Counted from the first letter of the stretch, positions 39,985 to 50,541 are shown. The stretch is 64,000 bases of DNA from Candidatus Moraniibacteriota bacterium (GCA_963778555.1 CAVZUR010000002.1:37817-101816); one strand, 5' to 3'. Numbers and translations: made by a program. The notes: generated by a model from the letters alone, not told the origin.

Positions 39985-40029
39985 CCGGAGATAGGGTAGG
40001 ATGGAGACGCTTAACACTGTACCCAGAGT

Positions 40030-40578
40030 ATGAACGTCAAAACAACTGATATTCCTGGTCTTCTCATCATTGAGCTTCAGTCGTTCACTGATGAGCGGGG
40101 ATTCTTCGTGGAAACCTACAGCCAGGACCGGTACCGGGAAGCGGGGATAGCTGTCGAGTTCGTTCAGGATAACCTCTCCGCTTCGAAACGGGGTGTCTTG
40201 CGCGGACTGCACTTTCAGGCGCCGCCGTTCGCTCAGGGCAAGCTCGTGACCGTGTTCCAAGGTCGCGTCCTCGATGTCGCGGTCGATATCCGGTTCGGCT
40301 CGCCGACTTTTGGCCAGCATGTCGCCGTCGAACTCTCGGCAGAGAACAAAAAGCAGTTCTGGATACCGGCCGGATTCGCTCACGGCTTCGTCGCACTGGA
40401 GCATGACACGCTCTTTGCTTACAAGTGTACGGCGCCGTATTCGAAGGAGCATGACCGCGGCATCCGCTGGAACGATCCGGCGCTCGGCATCGACTGGGGC
40501 GTGAGTGAGCCGATCGTCTCAGAGAAAGACCAACAGCATCCGCTTTTGAAAGATATCGCGGAGGATTTTACAATATGA
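40030..40578 (+). CDS. rfbC: dTDP-4-dehydrorhamnose 3,5-epimerase
   Basis: 'ERGFFVETY', 'RGLHFQ' and 'QFWIPAGFAHGF'. Confidence 0.9.
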   Translation: MNVKTTDIPGLLIIELQSFTDERGFFVETYSQDRYREAGIAVEFVQDNLSASKRGVLRGLHFQAPPFAQGKLVTVFQGRVLDVAVDIRFGSPTFGQHVAVELSAENKKQFWIPAGFAHGFVALEHDTLFAYKCTAPYSKEHDRGIRWNDPALGIDWGVSEPIVSEKDQQHPLLKDIAEDFTI

Positions 40579-40674
40579 AATTTCTGATCACCTGCGGCGG
40601 GCTTCAACTGTCCGAATCGTTACGCGAAGCGTTGCGGGCGTGTCGGATTGAGTAAAACTGAGTATTGTTGAAGT

Positions 40675-41651
40675 ATGAAAATTTTAGTTACGGGAGGAGC
40701 TGGTTTTATAGGCTCCAATTTCATCCGTCATATTCTGGAAACGCGGCCGGAGGCCGAGGTCGTGAATCTCGACGCCCTCACCTACGCGGGGAATCTGGAG
40801 AATCTTGCAACGCTTCGGACGGAGTCGCGGTACCGGTTCGTGAAGGGGGATATCGCGGACGCGGCGACGGTGGACCCGCTGGTCGCCGAAACCGACGCGA
40901 TCGTCCATTTTGCCGCCGAGAGCCATGTCGACCGTTCTATTCTCTCGCCTGACGCATTTGTCCGGACCAACATTCTCGGCACCTTCACGCTGCTCGAAGC
41001 GGCGCGGAAGCATACCAAGCGCTTCCATCATGTTTCGACGGATGAAGTCTTCGGATCGCTTACGGCCACTGACCCAGCGTTTCACGAAGCGACACCGTAT
41101 GACCCACGCAGTCCGTACAGCGCGACCAAAGCCGGATCCGACCATCTCGTCCGGGCGTATTTCCATACCTATGGCTTGCCGGTGACCATCTCGAATTGTT
41201 CGAACAACTATGGCCCGTATCATTTCCCCGAGAAGCTCATCCCGCTCGCAATCACGAATCTCCTTGAGGGAATGAAAGTGCCGGTGTATGGTGACGGAGC
41301 CCAAAGACGCGACTGGTTGTATGTCGAGGACCACTGCCGAGCCATCGCGCTTATCCTCGAACAGGGCAAACTCGGCGAAACGTACTGCATCGGTGGGGAT
41401 GGCGAGCGCGAAAACATCTGGATTGTGAAAAAACTCCTCGAACTCCTGGGCAAAGACGAGCGCAGATCGAATACGTGACCGACCGCCCGGGTCATGACCG
41501 CCGCTACGCGATCGACTACTCGAAAATTAAGTCCGAACTCGGCTGGCAGCCAACGGTGAGTCTGGAGGAAGGTCTGGCTAAAACTGTCGAATGGTTCAAG
41601 GCCAATGAGAGTTGGTGGAAAAATGCTTGCCAGAAACGCGACCACATATAG
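40675..41651 (+). CDS. rfbB: dTDP-glucose 4,6-dehydratase, frameshifted near 41455-41468 (fragment 40675..41478 + C-terminal part in -1 frame to 41651)
   Basis: '[12 protein letters not shown]' and 'YSATKAGSD'. The C-terminal '[29 protein letters not shown]...VEWF' is encoded out of frame. Confidence 0.85.
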
Positions 41652-41830
41652 TGCGATCGTGGGCTGGTGAAGAGCGAGGAGTATCAGAAATACTACGCTG
41701 AGCAGTATGGGCAATAGTAGTCACTATAGCAGTTTGGTGGTTGAGTATGTGGGAACTATGCCCGAATGTATTTATATAGTACAGTTGAATCTGTCCATGT
41801 TCAAAGTAAATCAATATTGTATATAGTTAT

Positions 41831-42505
41831 ATGGCAGATCGGATTCTATTCCTGATTTCAGGGGTCGTCATGATTGGAGGGGCTTATCTGTCTATGTTTT
41901 TTGGTGTTACTGGATATATGGCCTTCTTTTTATTTTGTATCCCCATTATGTCTACTGTACTCAGGCCAATTGTGTCTGCACATGGGGTGGTCAACCAAGA
42001 AAGTAAGCTTGCCTTTCCCGTGAAATTAGTCAGTTATACAATGCTATCCTATGGATTACTTACTATTCTATTATTGATTACAGACTCTATTTTTGTTGGT
42101 TCAATCCCGTTAGTATATCTGTTTCTAAGCATATGTTTGTATCCAATTGTGCATTTCACCTATGTTGTTTTGCCTAAAAGCCTGACGCGAGAGAGGGGAC
42201 TGATTGTTCCATTTTATCCAAGCGGAGTAACTTTGGTATTGGGATACATATTTGTGTACATGTATCATACAGCAGACCTGTCCCCTATCTTAATACTGCC
42301 CATAATAATCTGTTGTATTACCAGTCCTTTTCTGTACAAACGGAGCTTTGAAGTTATGCTTCGTCAGGGTGGGTCAACAGCATATACTAAAAAACAATAC
42401 CTCATACAACTCTTATTGGTTTTTGTAATAGGATTTATTGTTTTCGTATCCGGATACTTGGGTATGGGGCTTTCGAGTATAGAATACGGATTGCCTGGCC
42501 TATGA
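41831..42505 (+). CDS. hypothetical polytopic membrane protein in low-GC insert (possible polysaccharide-related, e.g. Wzy/acyltransferase-like; unassigned)
   Basis: 224 aa with about 7 TM segments. GC is roughly 38% against about 60% for the flanks. The Wzy/acyltransferase guess rests on location inside the rfb cluster only. Confidence 0.5.
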   Translation: MADRILFLISGVVMIGGAYLSMFFGVTGYMAFFLFCIPIMSTVLRPIVSAHGVVNQESKLAFPVKLVSYTMLSYGLLTILLLITDSIFVGSIPLVYLFLSICLYPIVHFTYVVLPKSLTRERGLIVPFYPSGVTLVLGYIFVYMYHTADLSPILILPIIICCITSPFLYKRSFEVMLRQGGSTAYTKKQYLIQLLLVFVIGFIVFVSGYLGMGLSSIEYGLPGL

Positions 42506-42633
42506 TTTCACACTCGGAGATCTGAAAGCGGCTCTCTTTGAACATATTTTAGGTATGTAGCCTAGCTTAGGTTAACATGCATTGAAGTTATGCCTGTGAC
42601 GCTGGCTAGTCGTTTTGCTATAATGAAGGCACT

Positions 42634-43527
42634 ATGGAAGGAACACAGTCAAAACAACGGAAGAAAGTCCTGATTCTGGGGTCAAAAGGGACTTTGGGCC
42701 AGGAACTGGTCCGGGAGTTCCGCATGGCGGGCTATGAGTTGGCCGCCTGGGATATCGGCGATATCGATCTAGCGGAGACTGAACCGTCGATTGCCAAAAT
42801 TGAGGCTTTCGCCCCCGAAATCATCATCAATGCGGCGGCGTACAATGCGGTCGACGCCTGCGAGACCGATGACGAAGAGTATCGCAAAGCGATGATTCTG
42901 AACCGTGATGTCCCGGGCTATCTCGCGCAGTATGCGGCAGGGAAGGGCATCCTCTTCGTGCATTACTCGACGGACTATGTGTTCGACGGCGTGGCGGACG
43001 GCGGGTATGCCGAAGATGCGACGCCGCATCCGATCTCGCGCTACGGCGCTTCGAAATACGAAGGCGAGAAAGTGATGCTTGCCGCCGGCGGCAAGGGCTA
43101 TCTCATCCGGCTCTCGAAACTTTTTGGTGAGCCCGCGACGTCGAAATTGGGGAAGCGCAGTTTTTTCGAAATCATGCTCGCCAAAGGCAAGACCGAAACG
43201 CAGGTAGATGTCGTGGATGATGAAAGGAGCTGCTTCACGTACGCTCCTGATCTCGCGCTCGCGACGCGCCAACTGATCGAATCCGCGTCCGCACCGGGCA
43301 TCTACCATCTCCCTAATGAAGGTAGTGCCACCTGGTTCCAAGCAGCACTCGAGCTGTTTCGCAAGGCGGAACTCCGGGTGGAAGTCGTGCCGATCGCGAG
43401 CCAGGGATTCCTCCGACCTGCCCGGCGGCCGCGCTCTTCCGTTCTCCTCAACACGAAGCGTCCCCGGCAGCGTCCCTATACCGAAGCCCTGACCGAATTT
43501 CTCGAAAATTTTCTGCCCACGCTATGA
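42634..43527 (+). CDS. rfbD: dTDP-4-dehydrorhamnose reductase
   Basis: 'VLILGSKGTLGQEL' and 'YGASKYEGE'. A TGcTATAAT extended -10 lies upstream. Confidence 0.85.
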   Translation: MEGTQSKQRKKVLILGSKGTLGQELVREFRMAGYELAAWDIGDIDLAETEPSIAKIEAFAPEIIINAAAYNAVDACETDDEEYRKAMILNRDVPGYLAQYAAGKGILFVHYSTDYVFDGVADGGYAEDATPHPISRYGASKYEGEKVMLAAGGKGYLIRLSKLFGEPATSKLGKRSFFEIMLAKGKTETQVDVVDDERSCFTYAPDLALATRQLIESASAPGIYHLPNEGSATWFQAALELFRKAELRVEVVPIASQGFLRPARRPRSSVLLNTKRPRQRPYTEALTEFLENFLPTL

Positions 43528-44759
43528 AACATCTCGCCCAGGCCGATCCTGCAGTCGCTCGGATGATTCAAGGCGAGCTTCGGCGCGAAGAAGACGGACT
43601 CGAGATGATCGCGTCCGAGAATTACGTTTCACGGCCGGTACTCGAAGCGCTGGGGAGCGTCTTCACGAACAAATATTCCGAGGGCTATCCGGGCCGGCGC
43701 TACTATGGCGGGCAGGAATTTACCGATGCGGTCGAGTCGTTGGCTATCGAACGGGCGAAGAAGCTCTTTGGCGCCGAACACGCGAATGTCCAGCCGCATT
43801 CCGGGGCGCCCGCGAACATCGCGGTCTATGCCGCGCTTCTCGAGCCGGGGGATACGATACTTGGCATGGATTTGTCTCATGGCGGACACCTGACGCACGG
43901 CCATCCGGTAACCTTTATGCCGAAAATCTATCGCTTTGTCCGATACAAAACCGAACCGGATGGCAGCATTGATTATAAAAAGCTCGCCGCACTGGCAAAA
44001 AAAGTAAAACCCAAGTTGCTCCTGGCAGGTTTCTCATCATACACGCGGCAGCTCGACTATGTGAAGTTCCAAAACATCGCCCGGGCGGTAAAAGCGTATT
44101 CGATGATGGACATGGCGCATATCGCCGGCTTGGTCGCGGCGAAAGTCGTCCCAAACCCCGTCCCGTATTTTGATGTGGTGACTGCGACAACGCACAAAAC
44201 GCTGAGGGGTCCACGCGGCGGGCTCATCCTCTGCCGTGCAGCGGTGGCCCAACGGATCGACAAAGCAGTCTTTCCGGGTCTTCAGGGCGGGCCGCACATG
44301 CACGTGATCGCGGCCAAAGCGGTCGCGTTCGGCGAGGCGCTCCGGCCGGACTTCAAGCGCTACGGAAAACAGATCCTGAAGAACGCTAAGGCGCTCGAGA
44401 AGGGATTACGGGCCGCTGGTTTCAACATCCTCTTCGGTAAGACGGAGAATCACATGGTCATGGTCGATACGGTCGCGAGCCATGGTGTTTCGGGAAAGAC
44501 GGGCGAGCAGCTCCTCGATGCAGCGGGAATCACGGTGAATAAAAATGTCATCCCGGACGATCCGCGCGGCCCGATGGACCCGTCGGGTCTGCGCATCGGA
44601 GTACCGGCCGTGACGACCCGGGGGATGAAAGAAGCAGAGCTGAAGGTGATTGCATCCTGGATCGATGCCGCGCTCCGTTCCCGGGGCGATGCAGCGGTGC
44701 TCGCGAAAATCCGAAAGGAAGTGAAACGGCTGTGCAAAAAATTTCCGGTCTATCGATAA
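43524..44759 (+). CDS. glyA: serine hydroxymethyltransferase
   Basis: 'LEMIASENYVS' and 'TTHKTLRGPRGG'. Confidence 0.9.
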   Translation: MKHLAQADPAVARMIQGELRREEDGLEMIASENYVSRPVLEALGSVFTNKYSEGYPGRRYYGGQEFTDAVESLAIERAKKLFGAEHANVQPHSGAPANIAVYAALLEPGDTILGMDLSHGGHLTHGHPVTFMPKIYRFVRYKTEPDGSIDYKKLAALAKKVKPKLLLAGFSSYTRQLDYVKFQNIARAVKAYSMMDMAHIAGLVAAKVVPNPVPYFDVVTATTHKTLRGPRGGLILCRAAVAQRIDKAVFPGLQGGPHMHVIAAKAVAFGEALRPDFKRYGKQILKNAKALEKGLRAAGFNILFGKTENHMVMVDTVASHGVSGKTGEQLLDAAGITVNKNVIPDDPRGPMDPSGLRIGVPAVTTRGMKEAELKVIASWIDAALRSRGDAAVLAKIRKEVKRLCKKFPVYR

Positions 44760-44837
44760 TCCCGATCAGTGCTACTTGCAGCACCCCTCGTTGAGTGCTA
44801 TGAAGAATGGTCAATTATAAACTATCGGTTCCATCGT

Positions 44838-45632
44838 ATGAAAGGCATCATCCTCGCTGGCGGCAATGGCACCCGGCTCCTCCCGTTGACGGCCATTGCG
44901 TCGAAGCAGCTCCTCCCGGTCTATGATCGGCCGATGGTTTTCTATCCGCTGAATACGCTCGTTTCGGCCGGCATCCGCGATATTCTCATTATCGTTTCGC
45001 CAGAGCACGCGGGCAATTATCTCAATCTACTCGGGTCGCTGCTCCGGAAGCATGGAGTCAATATTTCTTTCATCGTGCAGAAAGAACCCCGAGGTTTGGC
45101 CGAAGCTTTCATTCTCGGGGAAGATTTCATCGATAATGGCCCCTGCACCATGATACTTGGCGATAATCTTTTCGAGGGCGACTTTTCCGAAGCGGTCCAG
45201 AGCTTCGAAGGCGGCGGCCGGATTTTCGCGAAAGCCGTATCTGACCCAGAACGTTTCGGCGTCGTCGAATTTGACTCAACATCCGGCCGAGTCATTTCGA
45301 TCGTCGAAAAACCGCAGGCACCCAAGAGCCACTATGCAATTCCCGGTCTGTACATTTATGATGCGGAGGTCGTATCTGTGGCGAAAAGCCTCACGCCGTC
45401 AGTCCGCGGCGAGCTGGAGATCACGGATCTGCATAATTACTATCTCGGAAAGGGCCGGCTCGATGTCCGGGTGATCGACGGAGCCTGGTTCGATGTCGGC
45501 ACGCATGACTCGCTCCTTGATGCCAGCATTCATGTCCGCGAAAAGAATTTCCGGGACCGTTTCCATCCGATGATAGAAGCGGCACTCAGCGAGTTCAATC
45601 AGGAATTCAAGCGCATCATAGCTATTAAATAG
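44838..45632 (+). CDS. rfbA: glucose-1-phosphate thymidylyltransferase
   Basis: 'MKGIILAGGNGTRLLPLT'. Confidence 0.9.
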   Translation: MKGIILAGGNGTRLLPLTAIASKQLLPVYDRPMVFYPLNTLVSAGIRDILIIVSPEHAGNYLNLLGSLLRKHGVNISFIVQKEPRGLAEAFILGEDFIDNGPCTMILGDNLFEGDFSEAVQSFEGGGRIFAKAVSDPERFGVVEFDSTSGRVISIVEKPQAPKSHYAIPGLYIYDAEVVSVAKSLTPSVRGELEITDLHNYYLGKGRLDVRVIDGAWFDVGTHDSLLDASIHVREKNFRDRFHPMIEAALSEFNQEFKRIIAIK

Positions 45633-45647
45633 GTGACACATAACACT

Positions 45648-46532
45648 ATGCATGATCGACAGAGACCAGTGAAGAAGGCAATTCTCCCGGTGGCGGGTTT
45701 TGGCACACGCTTCCTGCCGGCCACGAAAGCTCAGCCGAAAGAGATGCTGCCGGTCGTGGATAAGCCTGTCATCCAGTACCTGGTCGAAGAGGCGGTGGCG
45801 TCGGGCATTGAGGAGATAATCTTCGTCACGGGCCGCGGCAAGCGCGCGATCGAGGATCACTTCGACGTTTCGTACGAGCTTGAGGATACACTCGTCGAAA
45901 AGAACAAGCATGATCTCCTCGAAGCCGTACAGAAGATTTCCGGACTCGCCAAATTCTCGTATGTCCGCCAGCCGGTGCCGCTCGGCGACGGCCATGCGCT
46001 CCTGCAGGCAGCGCACCTCGTCGATGACGACGAGAGCGTACTCGTGATCTTCGGCGATTGCCTCTATGATTCCGTGGTGCCGGCTTCGCAGCAGCTCATC
46101 GAGACATATGAAAAGTACCATGATCCGATCATCGGACTGTCGGAGGTAGCGCATGAGGACGTCTCAAAATTTGGTGTGATTGATGGGGTTGAGTTGGATG
46201 AGTGGACGTATGAAGTGAAGGGGATGGTCGAGAAGCCGCAGCCGGAAGACGCTCCGTCGAATCTCGTTGCGGTCGGGAAATACATCATCACTCCCGAAGT
46301 CTTCAAAGTGCTCGCCACGATGAAGGCGGGGAAGAGTGGGGAGATCCGCCTGGCGGATGCCTTTGATACGATGCTGGTGAATGGCCGGCCGTTGTATGGC
46401 CGCAAGCTGTCGGGCGAGTGGCTCGATACGGGCGACAAGTTCAATTTCATCAAAGCGACCATTCATCTCGGATTGCAGCATCATGAAGTCGGCGACAAGC
46501 TCCGGGCCTACCTCAGGACGCTCCGGTTCTAA
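45648..46532 (+). CDS. galU: UTP--glucose-1-phosphate uridylyltransferase
   Basis: 'KAILPVAGFGTRFLPATKAQPKEMLPVVDKPVIQY'. An alternative GTG start lies at 45633. Confidence 0.85.
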   Translation: MHDRQRPVKKAILPVAGFGTRFLPATKAQPKEMLPVVDKPVIQYLVEEAVASGIEEIIFVTGRGKRAIEDHFDVSYELEDTLVEKNKHDLLEAVQKISGLAKFSYVRQPVPLGDGHALLQAAHLVDDDESVLVIFGDCLYDSVVPASQQLIETYEKYHDPIIGLSEVAHEDVSKFGVIDGVELDEWTYEVKGMVEKPQPEDAPSNLVAVGKYIITPEVFKVLATMKAGKSGEIRLADAFDTMLVNGRPLYGRKLSGEWLDTGDKFNFIKATIHLGLQHHEVGDKLRAYLRTLRF

Positions 46533-46552
46533 TCGGGCTAATTTGCGACTAC

Positions 46553-47278
46553 ATGTACTGGGCGTATCTCATCCTCTTCGTCGCCATGATCGTCACGCCC
46601 GAGGTGGTCCGTGATGGCGTGCTTTTTTTTAGCGAGGAGGACCTTGAGTCCCTCCTCGTCTTCTGTTTCGGGATGGTCGGGCTCCTACTCTATCTCGGCA
46701 AGGAGTCGGCCTTTCTCCGGGCGGTGCGGGAAAAACTCTCGCTGCAGCAGGAAACGAACCAGATTCGGAAAGACCTCTCGCAATCCTATTCGTACATCGG
46801 CGAGATGAATCGGCGCATCGATATTGTGAAGAACATGGTGGTGTCGCTCCCACAGTCCACGACAACGGTTTTTTCCAAAAGCGGCCAGGATCTGTATGAG
46901 CCGATCATCGATGCCACTGCGCTGCTCGCTCAATCAGACTGCGTCGCGCTGTACTTTGTCGCGACGGCGGATGGAACGATCGCCGAGCAGTATGTCGTCG
47001 GAGAAGGCGAACATCGGGCGCTGCTCCAGACCTTAGCGGGCCGGCATTTGCTCGACACCAAGAAATATATCTGGGAAGAAGGAAAACTCACCTTTGTCAG
47101 ATCGCCTGAAGAGGCACTCGGCATGTCGGCCTTCATCGTGTTCCATCAGGTGAAGAATCGTCTGGAGGAAATGGGTATTTTCCAGATTCTCGCCGCGCAA
47201 GCGCTTTTTGTCTTTGCGACGAATCGTCAGGCGCCGATGCAGCACGGGAGTGCCAGCAATCCGCGGTCCCATCTATGA
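46553..47278 (+). CDS. hypothetical protein (N-terminal TM + cytoplasmic domain)
   Basis: 241 aa, N-terminal TM, no recognised family; lies between galU and the GT4 glycosyltransferase. Confidence 0.45.
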   Translation: MYWAYLILFVAMIVTPEVVRDGVLFFSEEDLESLLVFCFGMVGLLLYLGKESAFLRAVREKLSLQQETNQIRKDLSQSYSYIGEMNRRIDIVKNMVVSLPQSTTTVFSKSGQDLYEPIIDATALLAQSDCVALYFVATADGTIAEQYVVGEGEHRALLQTLAGRHLLDTKKYIWEEGKLTFVRSPEEALGMSAFIVFHQVKNRLEEMGIFQILAAQALFVFATNRQAPMQHGSASNPRSHL

Positions 47279-48432
47279 ACATTGGCATCGACGCTCGTTT
47301 CTACGGCTCGCTTGGCAAAGGGCTTGGACGATACACCGAGAAACTCCTGTCCTACCTGGAAGCAGATGCGACCGATGAGCATACGTATGTCGTGTTCTTG
47401 CGGCGCGAAAATTTCGATGAGTATCAGCCAAAACATGCGCATTTCAAAAAAATCATTGCCGACTATCCTTGGTATGGCTGGCAGGAACAGCTCCTTTTCC
47501 CTTTATTGTTGTGGCGGCACCAGCTGAACCTCGTGCACTTCCCGCACTTCAACGTGCCGTTGTTCGTGCCAGTGCCATTCATCGTCACTCTGCATGACCT
47601 CATCCTGCTCCGTTTTCCGACCGTCAAAGCGAGTGAGCTTCCGCCCTTCTTGTATTGGCTGAAGTATATTGCCTATCGGGTAGTGATAGCTATGGCGGTT
47701 CGTCGCTCCCGGGCCATTATCGCCGTCTCTGAATTCACGCGGCATGACATCGAGCGGGCCTATCCCGCTGCTCGCGGAAAGATATCAGTGACGTTGGAGG
47801 CAGCGGAACCATTTTGCTCTTGGCTTTCGCCGGCGGCTGAACACTCACTGCTCGAATCCTTAGGTTTGATACACTCTGGTGGACCCGGTTCAGCTCCCGA
47901 AAGACTCGCGTTTGTACTCTACGTGGGGAATGCCTATCCACACAAAAATCTCACACTCCTGTTGAAGGTCTCAGCGGCGTTTCCGGAACAGCTCTTTCTG
48001 TGCGTGGGGAAAGATGATTTTTTTTATCGGGCATTCCGGGAGCAAACGAGAATGGCAGGCGCCACCAATATCCGCTTCGCCGGATATGTCAGCGATGCTT
48101 CACTGGGCGTCTTGTACCGGCGCGCGCGCGCGTATCTCTTCCCTTCATTGTACGAGGGTTTCGGACTGCCGGGGCTGGAAGCGATGCTGTATGGCACGCC
48201 CGTCGTGGCGGCCGCAGCGGGCTCATTGCCGGAAATTTATGGGCCGGCGGCGACCTATTTCAATCCGACCAGTGTGTCGGAATGCATCCAAGCGCTGCGC
48301 GCAGTCTTGCAGCAATCAGTCAGCCATTCTCAGCGCGCTGCAGGATTCTCTCAGGTAGCGAAATTCTCCTGGCGGCGCATGGCGCGCGAGACTCAGCATC
48401 TTTACGAAAGTTGTCCGACAAAGCGATACTAA
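47275..48432 (+). CDS. glycosyltransferase family 4 (GT-B, retaining)
   Basis: EX7E region 'EGFGLPGLEAMLYGTPVVAAAAGSLPE'. Confidence 0.8.
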   Translation: MNIGIDARFYGSLGKGLGRYTEKLLSYLEADATDEHTYVVFLRRENFDEYQPKHAHFKKIIADYPWYGWQEQLLFPLLLWRHQLNLVHFPHFNVPLFVPVPFIVTLHDLILLRFPTVKASELPPFLYWLKYIAYRVVIAMAVRRSRAIIAVSEFTRHDIERAYPAARGKISVTLEAAEPFCSWLSPAAEHSLLESLGLIHSGGPGSAPERLAFVLYVGNAYPHKNLTLLLKVSAAFPEQLFLCVGKDDFFYRAFREQTRMAGATNIRFAGYVSDASLGVLYRRARAYLFPSLYEGFGLPGLEAMLYGTPVVAAAAGSLPEIYGPAATYFNPTSVSECIQALRAVLQQSVSHSQRAAGFSQVAKFSWRRMARETQHLYESCPTKRY

Positions 48433-48437
48433 GGGAT

Positions 48438-50528
48438 ATGCGCGACATTATCCCATCCCAGCGTCCGACCACTGGAACAGCCCGGAGAATAGCAGAGTCC
48501 CGGCCTGTGGCACGGCCGCCAGTCCGGTCCGTTCTTACCGAGCGCCCCGTCTTCCAACCGCGGCCGAAGCGAAGAGGTCTCCGCGCTCTCTGGTGGGTGT
48601 TGGGAGTAGTTCTCCTCCTGGCGGTCTGGAGCGGTATAGAGCTGAAGCAGTCATTGCAGCATTCCGGAGAACAAGCGATTGTGCAGTTGGAGGAAGCGGT
48701 GACGGCTCTTCGCGCCAGCGATTTCGATCGGGGGCGGCAGTCTCTGCGCTTGGCTGAAAGCAGTTTCTCAGCGGGCGCGCGTCGTTTGTCTCTCTTCCGC
48801 TGGCTGCCAGATTCCTTTTCACGCATTCCGGGCTGCGCGCAGGTCATGGCCGCTGAAGCCCTCTTTCAGTCGGGGGTAGCCGGGACACAGGCGGCGCAGG
48901 CGCTCGTCTCAATTGTGGGCGGCGTGCTTTCGACGGAAACAGCATCCCACAGTGCGGACTCCATGATCACATCACTCGATCGTTCCCAGGACGCCGCCAA
49001 CGAAGCGCACGCGGCACTCGCCCGCGTCGCCCGGGCGTTTGAACGCATCAATCCGACGGCCGTACCGAGCCGGTATCGTGATCGGCTTGCGACGGTGCGG
49101 CAGGCGCTGCCAATCGCCAACGCGCTCTTGTCCGGCTATGTCGAGCATCAAGCGCTTTTTTCCGAGCTCCTGGGGGCGAACGGTCCGCGCGTATATCTTT
49201 TCCTCTTCCAGAACAATCATGAGCTCCGTGCGACGGGTGGCTTCATTGGGAGTTACGCGCTTTTAGACGTGAATGGAGGCCGAATCCGCCGTTTCTTTGT
49301 CGATGGGATATTCAATCCCGACGGCCAGCTGAAAGAGAACATCGTTCCCCCGAAACCGATCCAAAAGATCAGCGCCGGCTGGAGTCTACATGACAGCAAC
49401 TGGTTCCCGAATTTTCCGACGTCTGCTGAGAAAGCGATCTTCTTCTATGAGAAGACGGGCGGTCCAACGGTAGACGGCATCATTACGCTCACGCCCGCCG
49501 TTCTTCAACGGGTGCTCGCGCTGGTCGGCCCGGTGACGCTCCCGGAGTATGGCGTGACAATTGATGCGGAGAATTTCATCCCAATCATTCAGGATGAAGT
49601 CGAGGTGAAATACGATAAAGAGGAGAATGAGCCCAAACGGATCTTAGGCGATCTGATGGAAGTGCTACTCTTACGCTTTCTGTCTTTCAATCGTCCGGAA
49701 GAGACCTGGCGGCTGGGGAACACGTTTGCGGAACTTCTCAATGAGCGGCATATTCTCTTGTATTCGCGCCATCCGGATATCGAACGGCTGATCCGGAGCG
49801 CCGGTTGGTCCGGCGAGGTGCTCGCCACGCCGCACGATTATCTCTCCGTGATCCATACGAATATCAACGGCTACAAGACGGACGGCGTGATCAAAGAGAC
49901 GATCGAACATATGGCGGATATCCGTGCCGATGGCCGTGTCGTCGATACCGTCACCATCACACGCCAGCACACGGGAGGCCATACGCCCTATACCTGGTGG
50001 AACCAGGTAAACGCTGATTATGCCCGGGTTTATGTTCCTCAAGGGTCGAAGCTGATATCGGCCGAGGGCATGACACGGGAATTTCCGGAAGCGCCGCTGG
50101 ATTATCTTGCGCTTGGTTTTCGGCGCGATCCGGATATCGTCAAAGAGGAAGAAGGAACCGTCATCGACGCCGCCACGGGCACTCGGATCTCTGAAGACGC
50201 GGGCAAGACAGTGTTTGGGAATTGGGTCTACGTGAGTCCGGGTGAATCAGTGAGTGTTCGCTATGTGTACGAGTTGCCCTTCCGGGTTACGCTGGACGAT
50301 GCGGACGAGTCACCGGCGACATCGTACTCGGCGCTCTACCAGAAACAGGCGGGAACGGAAGGCGTGACGCTCAAGGCGTCCATCCAGTATCCGGATAGCC
50401 TCCGTTTAGTTTGGCAGACCCCTGAAAATTTGGTACCGTACCAGCGGGTCTTTCGGACTGAAAGACCGCTCAATAAGGACTTTTATTGGGGTGCCGTGTT
50501 CGGAAGCAGGAATGTGTCTGGAGAATGA
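48438..50528 (+). CDS. DUF4012 domain-containing membrane-anchored protein
   Basis: N-terminal TM, then 'NNHELRATGGFIGSYALLDVNGGRI...DGIITLTPAVLQRVLALVGPV', as in DUF4012. The ATG at 48438 follows the GT4 stop. Confidence 0.65.
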   Translation: MRDIIPSQRPTTGTARRIAESRPVARPPVRSVLTERPVFQPRPKRRGLRALWWVLGVVLLLAVWSGIELKQSLQHSGEQAIVQLEEAVTALRASDFDRGRQSLRLAESSFSAGARRLSLFRWLPDSFSRIPGCAQVMAAEALFQSGVAGTQAAQALVSIVGGVLSTETASHSADSMITSLDRSQDAANEAHAALARVARAFERINPTAVPSRYRDRLATVRQALPIANALLSGYVEHQALFSELLGANGPRVYLFLFQNNHELRATGGFIGSYALLDVNGGRIRRFFVDGIFNPDGQLKENIVPPKPIQKISAGWSLHDSNWFPNFPTSAEKAIFFYEKTGGPTVDGIITLTPAVLQRVLALVGPVTLPEYGVTIDAENFIPIIQDEVEVKYDKEENEPKRILGDLMEVLLLRFLSFNRPEETWRLGNTFAELLNERHILLYSRHPDIERLIRSAGWSGEVLATPHDYLSVIHTNINGYKTDGVIKETIEHMADIRADGRVVDTVTITRQHTGGHTPYTWWNQVNADYARVYVPQGSKLISAEGMTREFPEAPLDYLALGFRRDPDIVKEEEGTVIDAATGTRISEDAGKTVFGNWVYVSPGESVSVRYVYELPFRVTLDDADESPATSYSALYQKQAGTEGVTLKASIQYPDSLRLVWQTPENLVPYQRVFRTERPLNKDFYWGAVFGSRNVSGE

Positions 50529-50541
50529 TGAGCTGTAGCTT

